Source of the DNA: Octopus sinensis
Taxonomy: Eukaryota
Assembly (NCBI RefSeq): GCF_006345805.1
Contig: NW_021833618.1
Span: 1-56,991, forward strand
Direction: 5' to 3'
Length of the DNA: 56,991 bases
Under the pieces are notes generated by a model. It was not told where the DNA came from and did no database searches. It worked only from the letters and a program-made list of their open reading frames with translations. This document shows positions 13,451 to 25,754 of this stretch, in pieces; the first letter of the stretch is position 1, and each line of letters begins with the position of its first letter. The position numbers and the translations under genes were made by a program.

Positions 13451-13531
13451 ATCTTTTAACACATTCTTGGGTTAAATAAAAAGAACAAACAAAAATGTAA
13501 ATTTAATTATATCGATGATGTAAAATAAAAT

Positions 13532-13603
13532 TCCCGCGACCCGGATTCGAACCGGGGACCTAAGGATCTACAGTCCTCCGCTCTACCACTGAGCTATCAC
13601 GGG
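13532..13603 (-). tRNA. tRNA-Tyr(GTA), intronless, 72 nt
   Basis: CCCGTGA TA GCTC AGTGGTA GAGC G GAGGA CTGTAGA TCCTT AGGTC CCCGG TTCGAAT CCGGG TCGCGGG A; complete cloverleaf, C1:G72, downstream T-run. Confidence 0.93.
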
Positions 13604-14039
13604 CATTATTTTTTTTTCCAAATATTATTGGCTTTTAATTGTTCACTAATGTTTTTTATCTGTACTTTCGATATTAATTTTGATTTTTCCCCTCGTACAC
13701 AAATCCTATACAACATTTCTAAGGACTGACATTCAGGCAAACAACTGAGGTCGTAGTCGACATATCTAATCTAGCCAGTGATTATTCGACTATGAATTGT
13801 ATACTTTATAATTTATAACAATAAAAACAACTTCTGGATTAAAACAATAATGACATACAAATAAAAGTACTCAACCGAAAATTTGACAAACATGTATCCT
13901 TTCACATTTTTTAAGTGATGAAACTGGCAAAAAAACAGCTGAAGTACAAAATAATCAGAACAGAAATTACAATGTTAAATTTAATAAGCAAAAGAAGCAA
14001 ATTTATTAAAATTCTATATCAGGGGAGAAATTAAGAAGT

Positions 14040-14540
14040 TAACTAAATTAGATGGGTCGCCGAGCGGATGGACAGGCAATTTCAACGTAATATCGAGAAC
14101 GATGTCCGCTGAAAAACCAGCTCGTTTCACACCTGTTGTGACTCCTCCTCGAGATGATTAAACCAATCTCTGAGAGGAGTTTGAAGCTTGGGGTCCAATT
14201 ATCCCACTGGTCTCGAAAGTCAGAGAGATGAAGCAGCAATCAAACAGCCATATTTGTAGTTTTTCTAAATTCGGCAAGGGCAGATGCAGATCCAGGACGA
14301 GAAGCGGAGTCCATCAACGGTGATGAGGAAAATGAGTCTGGTAACATTCCACACGAATGCCATTCTCTCCCTGACGGGAATAAAGTCGACCCATTAGGGC
14401 GTTTTCCGTCCCCACGGTCAAGTCCTACCGGTTCTAACGTTGAGGGGAATTCAGCGGCGTTAAGCGGGATCCTGTCGATGAGTTGTCCACATCTGCAATG
14501 ATCGGGCTGCCTATCTCTATGCCCAGCCGTAAACAGATTC
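14040..14540 (-). mobile_element. CRE-like RLE retrotransposon 3' fragment
   Basis: Reverse strand reads HCRCGQLID..FPSTLEPVGLDRGDGKRPNGSTLFP..FVWNVT. Confidence 0.75.
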
Positions 14541-15431
14541 CGATTTTAATTTCCTAATATTTTTACCCTTTATTTAATAATTTTTTAATTTACCTTTCAT
14601 AAGGTATTGAACAATTTTAAAAACTAGACTAGTCGGTCGGTAATCATTTTTTTATGGAAAAGAACTTGGATGAAATTACAAGTTGACCAAATAACTAAAA
14701 AAATGAATATTGAAAAAGCATACTTGGCTGAAATAAATCTCAATTACAAATCATTGTCGAAAAAATAACTTTTCTGACCTTTTTTCAGCTGCTGATTTAC
14801 AAATCAGTTTAAACGAACTAGTGTATGTGTCAATGTGGTTTTATACCGGCATTCAAGTAAACAACAATACTTAAAATCTGTCACTAAAACAAACACCCTG
14901 ATATTTAATGTCAACAAGAATCACATGTCTTATTTGTGAATATCTTGGTCGCTGTCATTTGTGTCATGTCTCAGTAGAATTAAATAATATACATTTTGGG
15001 GGAAGAAATTTAATAAATTAAGTAGACAATTGAGTGGTACTTATCTAGAATTGATTTGTTTGGATTGTATCCACTGTATTCTCAGACAATGTAAATAATT
15101 TGAATAAAACAATAAATATAATCCAAATTGAGAAATGTAAATGATTATTAATACACTTTCAAATCTAAATTACACAACATTTAATATATACAATTAAACA
15201 TAACAAGTAATCCATATTCGATTATTTGGAATAATTCAAAATTAAATAGATTGAAGAATACCACTCTCAAAAAAGTAAGTTTCTTCCCAATAACTGAGCA
15301 TGAGAAAACACTAATTATAATGATTAGGGAATAAAAGTAGTACCCAGAACTAAAGCACACTTAATTTGACTTACTACCATGCAAATTTCACGTATTCAAT
15401 ACGAGATATATAATCTAGATTAACGCAAACT

Positions 15432-16032
15432 ATGCATTTGAAATTGTCGAGAATGGAGCCATACAATATTCATTATGAACATAAACTCCGCTTTCTTGCA
15501 AACAAAGACCGGTCCTATTTAATTCAATACCAACTTGAATATTATCTCTCAGAGTAACTAAACTTTGATTATAAATTAGCACAAATATGATGGCTGACGG
15601 CCATCTTGCACTTCTTTCTGACGACTTCGGGTTTATAAAGCTTGAAGAAATCCTGCTCTTCCGGAGAATGAGGAAAGTTGGGGCAACACTTGATGATCTT
15701 ATATCTGCGGTTAAAAGTGGAATCATATTTATCAAATCACATTTTTAGACTCGTATTTCCTTATTTTCGACCCGACCCAGACCAAAGTCAGGGGGATAAT
15801 CACCACACGAGTTATCGAAGTGAAAGGACTATTCAACGGTATTGAAATGACTAGTGAAGAAGTATTGTCTTGAGTACTCATTATAGTTACTCTGGAAACA
15901 CCTGCTGACTCCCTTTGGAATTACCCGGGGCTACTTGACTGGGTGGAGAATGTTCGAGATATAAGTGCTTTTATATGCTGACAACTGTTCCACGGACTAC
16001 ATCGTCGAAATACTCCCGCCAGACACTGTTTA
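15432..16032 (+). CDS. La-motif (LAM) plus probable RRM protein (La/LARP family); start and end uncertain
   Basis: Splicing GT-AG introns 15554-15579 (26 nt), 15717-15748 (32 nt) and 15862-15886 (25 nt) gives IQYQLEYYLSDTNMMADGHL..DDFGFIKLEEILLFRRMRKVGATLDDLISAVKNS..TKVRG..TRVIEVKGL; matches the La motif QLEYYFSDxNLxxDxFL..G(F/W)V..F.R. Confidence 0.65.
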
Positions 16033-16479
16033 ATTTTAAAATAATAAGTTAGTTTAATTGGAGATATACATACATGCCTCTAAACATGGCGAATAACTAC
16101 TATAGCACTGTATCAGTGATATTTACATATTTTAAGAGTGAATCTAAAAATGAAAACAATTTCACATCCATAAGGGCGTATGATTCATATAATGGATATC
16201 CAATTTTATTCCCCTTTATCTATTCATGTATTTAACAAAATAAATTGATATGTTAGATCAACCTCGGGTCTTCTATCAACCTCGAACTGGTCAACAATTG
16301 GGTAGAGGGAACATTAATCTAGCAAATCGTTTTGAGTTAGTGGTCTTCAAATTTAAATACTTTTTATAGTTTCCCTCAATCAAAAAACAGTGCAAGAAAG
16401 TGGCGATGAACCAGGGGTGGCCAACCAGTCGATCAGTCAGAAAAATAAAAACTGAAATTAGACTAGTAATTCGTTATTA

Positions 16480-16740
16480 TTTATTAGATATTATTTATTT
16501 GAAAAAAGCGCCTTGCTATTGCCGAAGTATGTTTCGGATCATTGTCTTGTTGGGAAATAGGATCTTTAATTTCGATTTGTTCAGAAATGAAATAAGATTA
16601 TTCGTTAACATACAAAGCTCCATCCATCTTTTCTTTTATCCAAACAAAATTACTGAATCCATATGGCACCCCATACCATGATATTTCCCTTACTGAATTT
16701 TACTGTTTTTCTCTCTACATTAAAAATGTGTTTGAGTTAA
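16480..16740 (-). mobile_element. Tc1 transposase remnant
   Basis: Reverse strand contains QQDNDPKHTS (Tc1 catalytic second-D motif). Confidence 0.65.
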
Positions 16741-16913
16741 AATCTAAGAATTTCCTTTTGATAAGACTCTGACATTGCAAACGCTAATCGATTCGCACAC
16801 GAATTCACGAGAGATGAAGGCATCTTTCAAATTTATTGCCTTGGCAATCCAAAATTTTAGAAACCAGTCACATTCAGATTCCTTCTTTATAATCTTAATA
16901 ATAAATGGTATGG

Positions 16914-16956
16914 TGTGTGTCTGTCTGTCTGTCTGTGTGTCTGTCTGTCTGTCTGT
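16914..16956. repeat. (GT)/(GTCT)n microsatellite near Helitron 5' end
   Basis: gtgtgtgtctgtctgtctgtctgtgtgtctgtctgtctgtctgtg read directly. Confidence 0.9.
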
Positions 16957-17085
16957 GCACACCCACATTCAAATTGTTACAAACCAGATCAAATTGTCAA
17001 AACCTTCCCTTTTGTAGTTATTCGATAATGAGGCACAATAAAGGTGATATCCTCTAAGAACCTTCTGTCAAAAAATTTTAATAAG

Positions 17086-17865
17086 AAGAATATCCTCGAT
17101 GATGAGGTCCCACAAAACCTTCAAGTCAATTTTCTGCGTTTTTGTTAAAATGAACAACAAGAAAGTCCTCGACTCACATGATGTGGTCCCCCAAAACCTT
17201 CAAGGTAAAAATTAAAAAAATTATTTTCTGCGTTTTTGTTAAAATGAACAACAAGAAAGTCCTCGACTCACATGATGTGGTCCCCCAAAACCTTCAAGGT
17301 AAAAATTAAAAAAATTATTTTCTGCGTTTTTGTTAAAATGAACAACAAGAAAGTCCTCGACTCACATGATGTGGTCCCCCAAAACCTTCAAGGTAAAAAT
17401 TAAAAAAATTATTTTCTGCGTTTTTGTTAAAATGAACAACAAGAAAGTCCTCGACTCACATGATGTGGTCCCCCAAAACTTTCAAGCCAAAAAATTAAAA
17501 AAATTATTTTCTGCGTTTTTGTTAAAATAAACAACAAGAAAGTCCTCGACTCACATGATGTGGTCCCCCAAAACTTCAAGCCAAAAAATTAAAAAAAAAT
17601 TTTCTGCGTTTTTGTTAAAATGAACAACAAGAAAGTCCTCGACTCACATGATGTGGTCCCTCAAAACCTTCAAGCCAAAAAATTAAAAAAATTATTTTCT
17701 GCGTTTTTGTTAAATGAACAACAAGAAAGTCCTCGACTCACATGATGTGGTCCCCCAAAACCTTCAAGCCCAAAAATTAAAAAAAAATATTTCTGCGTTT
17801 TTGTTAAAATGAACGACAAGAAAGTCCTCGACTCACATGATGAGGTCCTCCACAACCTTCAAGCC
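17086..17865. repeat. 94-bp tandem minisatellite, 8 copies plus a degenerate first unit
   Basis: GAAAGTCCTCGACTCACATGATG recurs at 17161, 17255, 17349, 17443, 17538, 17631, 17725, 17820 (period 93-95). Confidence 0.95.
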
Positions 17866-18574
17866 TCGTGAGGCCATTAATTAGCTTAGCTATCTTTTTT
17901 CGATGACATAAATTCTTTTTTGTTAAATTTTCGTTAAAAAAATAAAATAAAAGCTCTAATTGTTATCGACCATGAATAGACTGTGCAATTATCAGATTTT
18001 GAAAACCACTAAAAAAGAAAAAGCAAAAATTATTAGAGATTTACATAATTGATTCTTTTTAACTGCCGAAACTGACAAATTCGATTATGCTACTGTTTAG
18101 ATTTCTTAAAAGATAGAGGCAAATAAAATTTAAATTAGTCATGTAAATTTCAATTTGCCTATATTTAAATCTCCTTGATTTAACAGGCTTTAATTTTTTT
18201 CCTTATAATACTACAAAGATGAAGCTGATTATCATTTTCTTTACCGAAACAGACAAGTTCGATTATGCTAAAGTTTCAATTCCTTTAAACATAGAGGCAA
18301 TTAAGTATAATGGCTTTGATTGGATAATACACTTTACATAAATTTCACTAAATAAATTTACGTAGAAAATTTAATATAAATTACTGATTCGCGTTTACAA
18401 AATCATAAGAATGTCCTATAAAGAGAGATCTGAGAATGTTAACAAACAAGAGAATATGAACCATATAACAAAAAAAAGAAACGAGGGAAGATGTGCTTAA
18501 ATGGTGAGGGAACTTAGACAACAGCTGAACAAGGTCAGGACTGCTGTTAGACTCAACTACGGGTAATAGAATTA

Positions 18575-19379
18575 TGCATTCTAGGTTAATTGTTTGGGAT
18601 GAATGTACGATGGCTCATAAAGGCGCATTCAAGCAGTTGACCGAACATATAGAGATATCAAGAATTGTAGCGACCATTTGTTTGGGGGAGCATTAGTTGT
18701 ATTGGCAGGTGATTTTAGACAGACGCTGCCAATTATTCAAAGAGGGACGCCTGCGGATGAATTGAATGCCTGCCTCAAATCGTCATATTTGTGGACACAC
18801 GTGAAAAAGGTAAGCTTAGATGTAAATGTACATGCACATTTACAAGGCGTTAATAGCATATTCCCACAAATCCTTCTAGATATTGGAAATGGGGCAATCA
18901 CTTCAGAAATGCACGACCAGAAAATTAGGCTACCGGAAGAATTATGTATTTTCGTAGAAACAGCAGAAGAATTATTGAATGCCGTCTATTCCGAACTATC
19001 TGAACACTACGTGAATTTCGACTGGCTGCGTGAACGAGCTATATTAGCTCCACTTAATGATGAGGTACTTAATATAAATTTAGATTTATTAATGAAAATC
19101 CCTGGCAGAGAAAGAATATATAAATCGGTCGACGTTATTATGGACCATGAAAGGGCCTGCGATAGATTTAAGAGACTACAATTTCCGCTGAAGATAAGTT
19201 TTGCTATGACAATAACAAGGCCAGGGACAGTCTTTAAGGTAGTAGGCTTATTTTTAGAGAACGAGTGCTTTTCACATGGCCAGCTGTATGTGGGGTGCTC
19301 AAGGGTAGGTAGAAGAGAAATTTATTTATATTTGCCAAGGATGGACGGACTGCAAACATCGTTTATCCACAGGCCTTAG
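18575..19379 (+). pseudogene. Helitron PIF1-like helicase C-terminal fragment
   Basis: WDECTMAHK, GDFRQTLPII, RAILAPLNDEV, QFPLKISFAMTI, FSHGQLYVGCSRV motifs; central portion deleted. Confidence 0.88.
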
Positions 19380-19699
19380 AATAAGGTTATATCAAAGCAG
19401 GTCGCATTTATATATCTACATAAATTTATAGTTATTTAAGGAAACTGCGAGCGTAGCGAGCAGGGCCTCCGCAGGAGCTAGCTCGCAGTGAGCGAAGCGA
19501 ACTGCGAGCTAGTAATCAATAAATATTTAGTTTACATTGTCAAAAATGAGTTACATACAGAATTCAACAAGGATATGTAGCGAGATGGGATTAATGGTAT
19601 CAGTAAAAGTTTTTTTGATACTATTCGACATGCATATTAGTTACTGAAAAGTGAAGCGCCTTTAAGTCAGAGATGTCTACCTACTCGCCAGTTTAGTTT

Positions 19700-21627
19700 G
19701 ATTCGCCAGTTTAAACATAATAGTTATATTTCCACACGTGCGCCACTTGAAACGATTTTCTTGATAATCCTTGTCCAACCTCCCCTGTTGTATGCTAAGT
19801 TTCTCATTGCGTCCAGATCATCCCCATTTTTAAGCTTGCGGTTGATTGATTTGAGGTCAGCATCCAGCACCTCCGGTAGAGCAATGCGCGGGTGTCCCCA
19901 AAATTTCTTTCCACTAGCGGCAAAATATTCTTCCATAGCCAAATTTGCGGGTGACGTCTGGTCCATCCGTAGGACATGTCCGAACAGTCTCCATCGGGCT
20001 TCCATCACATCCAGAATCACAGGTTGCGCTGAGCATTTACGGTAAAGTGCCCCGTTGTTGATCCGGGTCCGCCATTGTACCCCACATAATATACGCAGTT
20101 GTCTTCGGTGGAAGGAGTTAAGGTTTTTAATTTCGGAAGCAGAGATCCCCCAACAGGAGGAGTTGTATAGAACAATGTACAATGTACGCTGTAAAGACCA
20201 ATGCCATTCCGATGTCCCTGCAATGGCTGCAAAACAGAAGGCTCTCCGACTCTCGCTAGAGAACACAACGGATATGGTCAGAAAACTTTCCTTACAATCG
20301 GAACGCACCAGGATACAGAAAATGATCAAAAAGTTAAACAGCGAACACATTGCAAACGTTTTGGATGCCAGGCTAAAAGAAGTGGAGAATTTAAAGGATT
20401 GTGCACAGATGTTCTTAGCAATAAGGTTGCTTAAGAGGAGGAAGCAAAAGATTAAACTAAAGATCGAGGAACAACAACGGAATATGATTTTTGTGCTGCG
20501 GAACAAGCAGAACTTATTGCTACTCATTTTGAGCGACTTTTTAATGTTGACGGGGAAAAGGTGGACCTAATCACTAGTAATCCGGCAAACCTGATAAATG
20601 AAATCACGGTGGAAGAAGTTATGAAAGCAACGAATAGACTGAAAAGTAATCGCTCTCCGGGACCGGATGGTATAAGTGCTGAGTTACTGAAATAAGGTCC
20701 TAAAACACTGATGGAAATCATGGCCAAAGTACTAAACAAAATGTTTACAACTAATGATCTTCTTCCTTTGGGCAAAGGAATTCTGGTCCCGATTCAAAAA
20801 CCAAATAAGAAGATGGGCTCTGTGGATAACCTGCGACCAGTCATTCTACTCAATACGCTGAGAAAGGTCCTTGCTCTCGTGGTTCTAGACCGTATACAAG
20901 AGCCTGCAAACGAATTCCTGTCTTCGAACCACAGTGGGTTCAGGACGGGTAGATCTACTGCTGATGTGGTCTGGGGACACAGATGGCGTTGCGCTACTTG
21001 CCAAAGATTCGAGAGTGCGACTACAATTCTAGGGATCGACATGTCGAGAGCCTTCGACACAATTCGCCGAGGAAAACTTATTAGTGTTTTGCGGGGATTC
21101 CTCGACGGGGATTGCGTCAGGATGATAGAAGTCCTATTGTCGAACACGGAATTAAAAGTACAAATTGGGAGTACGTCATCCAGGAATTTTTCGACGACAG
21201 TGGGTACCCCTCAGGGAGACTCCCTTTCCCCTTTGCTGTTCGTGATATACCTGGAGGCGTGATCTCAGGCTCTTTTATAACGGACAAATCACCGAAATTG
21301 TATACGCTGACGATGTGGATTTTGTATCACACGACACAGCAGCATTGAGGCGGTTACTTGATGTTGCCCCAGCAGAGCTTGGAAAATGGTTCCTCACTGT
21401 GAACACAACCAAAACGGAAATCACGGAAGTCGCACGCATGAGTTCAAGACTAGATGATGAATGGAGACATTCCAGAAAACTGGGCACACTCCTCGGAGAT
21501 AGTGAGGACATTACCCGAAGGAAAGTACTATCGACGGCCGCGTTGAACAGGCTGAAAACGGATTGGGTGGCTAACAGGCCGGTAACGATTGCGCTTCGTT
21601 TGCGCCTCTACAATGCATTCGTTCTAT
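19700..21627. mobile_element. RTE-clade LINE with 5' inversion (3' part on minus 19700-20195, RT part on plus 20200-21627)
   Basis: Plus part: QGDSLSPLLF, YADD, ends LRLYNAFVL. Minus part begins IVLYNSSCWG..FHRRQLR..RWRLFGHVLR, i.e. the direct continuation. Confidence 0.85.
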
Positions 21628-21813
21628 AAACTACCATTTATCATTTGAACTTTTGATACAAAATCAGTCAAATTCAAAATCTTGGACTGATTGATCTCCC
21701 GAATATGCTGGATAGAATAATGGCAGTTCAGTTAATGTGACAGAACTTGTCTGAAGGAAAGGATATGAGCAATCATAACCCGAACATATTAGCGTTAATA
21801 GTGAATTAGTGTG

Positions 21814-22466
21814 TTAAGAACGAGCCTTGTTCTGGACGGGGAGATACAACTTGAACTCTGCGGGGAGTTCGTCCTCGGAGTAGAGCCTCTCGGAGAAAAA
21901 GACTCGTCGAATGCGGCAGTTTGCATGGATCTAGAATGGGGAGAGGAGTGACCTGGACCCTCAAAGTCTCGATATAATTAGTCCCGTAGGCACGTCTGGT
22001 GAAGTCCGACAGGTTGAACTGTATTTGGTTCCACCCGTCGTCGAGTCGCATGGGCATGGTGCAGATGAAGGGCTTAACTCGGGTGGTGCTTTGGTAGTTG
22101 CTGGCACGGAATCGTCGTTTGACGTTTTTGTCGTCGAGGACTTGGACTTCGAAGGTGAAGTATTTTTTGAGGTTTTTGATGATCATGACAAGAAAGGGGA
22201 GTTTGATGCCGAGAGTGGACAAGTCCATAGGACAGGTGATGTAGGTGGTGCTAAGGAGTGGGGGGAATGAGCGGACCTGACATTAGTGCCGGAAATCTCG
22301 AGGACGAGTGACTGGATGTCGTTGTCGGTGATTCTCTTGATGTGTCCGTTCTTGACCTGTGGTGGTAATAGAGGAGATGTGCCTGTTTGTCCCATATTTG
22401 GAGTGGCTTACTGCCAATGCTGTACAAAATGGACAACATGCCGCTTTGGAAAGTATTAGTGAACAT
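21814..22466 (-). CDS. CFAP20: Cilia- and flagella-associated protein 20 (BUG22), 192 aa, 4 exons
   Basis: Exons 22466-22383, 22356-22277, 22250-21953, 21930-21814; introns 26 nt (GC-AG), 26 nt, 22 nt; 579-nt open frame [60 protein letters not shown]. Confidence 0.96.
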
Positions 22467-22546
22467 TGTAAAATAGGATGGTTATCATGACAACTAGAAC
22501 AGGGTGGCCACAATAAAACAAACAAGAAAGCCAAATAAAGAATGGA

Positions 22547-23368
22547 CTAGTTAGGTTGGTCGGGAGGAGGGTAGCCCATTTGTTGTGCAGCCCACTGCTG
22601 TTGTGCGTAGTGGTACTGTTGGTCCCAGTAGTCCTGCATAGTCCAGTCAGTGAGTCCTCCAAAGTGGTAGAGAGGCATGTGATATGGGCGTGGCCAGCGA
22701 GGGGTGGTGCGACGACCAGTGAGTGGCTGAGCCAGTTTGCACTCGACCTACGTTGACAAGATGGGCCAACTCTCTTGCCACTAATGACGACGTATCTCTC
22801 CATGCACAGACGGTTGACGGGCTCTTGTGAATCGAACGTGACGAATCCGAACCCTCGGTGGCGTTCTCTGTTCTGGTCCATCATCAAAATAGTGTCCGTC
22901 ACCTCACATGTCATTCAACCACCACATTTCCGTAGTACGAAAAAAAGGCCTTTATCGTCTCCTCTGTGCAGTTCGCAGGCAGTCCCCCTATGAAGATCTT
23001 CCCGTCCGACCCATCTCCTCCACCCTTCACTACTCCACCAACTTATTACTTTCCCTCGCGGATTGCACATCTTCGGGTCCACTTGCCTCCATCCACCGTG
23101 CGTCAATGTACCCATCACTTTCTGCACTGACAAAGCAGACTCGAATGTCACAAATCCAAATCCACGCGACTGCCCTGTCTCCACGTCGTCATCACTATGC
23201 ACTCCTCCACTTCACCGAACCGACCAAAGTACGCCTTCATCGATTCTTCTATTTCTAACACCCACATTACCATTATTTGTCTCTGAGGCTACCCCCCAAC
23301 AAATAATTTTCTAATTAATTAAGTTTACTAGTTCTATCATTCATCTACTACCTTTTCTCGTCGCCCAT
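22547..23368 (-). CDS. Two-RRM RNA-binding protein (hnRNP A/B, DAZAP1/Musashi-like); apparent frameshifts
   Basis: KLFVGG, SRGFGFVTF, KIFIGGLP, HRGFGFVTF, VECKLAQP; micro-introns of 20-23 nt plus one of about 41 nt; at least three small deletions relative to the expected frame. Confidence 0.75.
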
Positions 23369-24289
23369 CTTATCCACACCACTAAAACTAATCGACTATT
23401 TATTTTTTACTTTTCTACCCTATTCTATTTTTTACATTTAATTATACTTTATTCCTCCTAATCATCCAAAACAACAAAGTCATGTTTCCTTCCTGAATCG
23501 AGTCATGAGTGTCGTTTATGTGTTTGCCAATAATCAACCCGACGAATGTGCCAGGGTGTCGGAACGAGCAATAATTAATCAGTCCATTCACAAATAAAGC
23601 GGAAATAATTTGTTTTCTATCTGAATTGATGTGATAAAGCGTTCCATTCGGTTGATCATGACTTTCTTGCAAACTCGGCCTCCCTCCAAATCTTTGCATT
23701 TGTAATGAATCCACTCAGTGTAAGTACCCAAAAGTTATAATGGATGACTAAGATGATGGCTACATATACACCAACTGTTCATTAATCATCTACAAATAAT
23801 AATGACTACTCACCAAGGCAGATGTGTACATGCAGGGAGAATGTAATTAAGAAATCAATGAGTTTAAAAATCTACTCTGTTCAGTCAGTGGCTGAGAATA
23901 AACACAATCACGCTTATAAAAATATTGTGCGCATGGCACTCCTCTCATATTTAGATGATCTTCAAAAGGTTTGTTTCACAGTGGAGGTTATCAATTGGGG
24001 GTGATTTTAGACACCCACATATTGTGCCTTGTTTTGTACTGATTGAAGTGCCATTGTCGAGTTTATGGATAGCCAGGGCGCCCAGCTTGGACTCGCATAA
24101 CTTATTGTAATGTGACCACTTATTGCTTTGTTTTTGCGTCTGTTCGCCTTAACAGAAATGTTAGAGACATGTGAAGGACATAGTTGGATTAAAAGTAAGT
24201 CCGAGGATAGTAGGTTTTTGCATAGTGGGAGGTCAGAACCAAAGAGAGATAACTTCGGGTGAAGGTTTGATTGTCGGAAGAAAATAATT

Positions 24290-25160
24290 CCTCAGAATTC
24301 CTCAGTTCTATCCATTTTCCCGTTAAGTTTGTTACGAGTCTTTATAAGGGTGTTTACTTCGTGGCTGTAACTTTGGGAGATTTTTGTATAATTCCTTGAG
24401 GAATGAATTTTTTGGAGGTGGATAAGTGCATAATTGACTGCTGCGTCAGTCAAACGAAAGTTGATAATGTCGAAATCATTCAATGATTTTTTTAGAGCGA
24501 GACAGTAGTCGTCCCAGGAATCTCTTTTGTAATTCGTATAACAACGCCGTTGAATGTCGATGTTTGATTTTAGGTCATTCTCAATAATAATCCGGTTGTG
24601 GTCAGAATTTAGGTCGTAAATGACCTTCCAAGAGATAACAGGGGCCAGAATTGGAGTACACAGCCGGACGTATGAGTATCCAGGGAAAGCGATTTTTGGT
24701 CGAGAGCTTCGTTTCTTGCACCAAAGGAATGTCGTGCTTCTCCAGGAAAGGAATAAAGTTCAGCAGTCTTCGGAGCAATCCCTTTGATGTTGATCTGCAA
24801 GATACGTAATAGGGTCTTCTTGCTGGGGACAGGATTTGGTTCAATGTCTCCGGAAAGGAGAAGGGCGAGTTTGATAAGCAAAGAGGGCTTTGGGAGCAAC
24901 GGCTTCGATAGGGGAGTAGTTGTGGGTCTTTTCGTAGTATAGAACTATCATCTTCCACCGCGAGAAGGTGGCCCACATCGACAGACAAGGCTTTTCCTTT
25001 TTATGCCTCATGCAACCACTGTGTGCATTTTCCTTTTTATGCCTCATGCAACCACTGTGACTCACAAAAATCCTCTGTGCCCACGATCCGGATGGTCTTG
25101 GAGAATTGTCGTCAAACATGACTAGTATTGTGGATACGCATGGAAGAGACACTTCGGTGC
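24290..25160 (-). mobile_element. 5' part of an APE-type LINE with a 2A-like motif
   Basis: LALLLSGDIEPNPVP followed by ILQINIKGI..ELYSF..LVQETKLS (APE endonuclease N-terminus). Confidence 0.7.
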
Positions 25161-25754
25161 CTTGTTTTTATCTCCCCGCCGATGATTTTCTTCCTTGTTT
25201 TTTCTTTTTCTTTTTGCTCAATAAACACTATTCTATTCTATTCTATAAAAAGTACTAATAAAAAAGAGATAAAAACCTATTAAAAATTACGAAGCTAAAT
25301 ATACAAACGCGAAAAAGACGAGACATAGGCCAAATATACACTTCCAGACAGAGAAATTGTGGATGGAGCCCACTTGTAAAGACAATTATCACAAGCAATT
25401 GAGACTCTTATGGAGAAAACCACACCAGAACTATCATTACGAACCCGGTGGGACCAAACAAAGCGGGCAATTTCCAAGGCAGCCAGTATATGTCTTGGAG
25501 TCCGAAATCATTGTGCCCTAAAACTGGATCACCACCCGAACGTGCCAGATATGGCAAAGCATCGCAGAGAGGTACGGCTAAGGCCGCAAACACGTCAGAC
25601 GAGATTAAGAAAAAGGAGCTTAACATCCAACAAAGGGGACTAAAGTGCAAAATTCAAAAGATGAACCGAAAATACTCACGAGAAATCATTACATCCCTAC
25701 TAAAAGATGTGGAATGCCTAAAAGACAATTCAAGGATGTATGCGGCCCTACGAC

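Larger units (their letters stand above)
16893..19512 (+). mobile_element. Non-autonomous Helitron (about 2.6 kb)
   Basis: 5' A|TCTTAATAATAAATGG followed by (GTCT)n; 3' GC-rich hairpin ending CTAG|T at 19509-19513; contains a PIF1-like helicase C-terminal remnant. Confidence 0.8.

Noticed and set aside
17086-17865. Regular repeat array resembling CRISPR
   Set aside because: Units are contiguous 94-bp tandem copies with no unique spacers, no cas genes, and a eukaryotic Helitron context.
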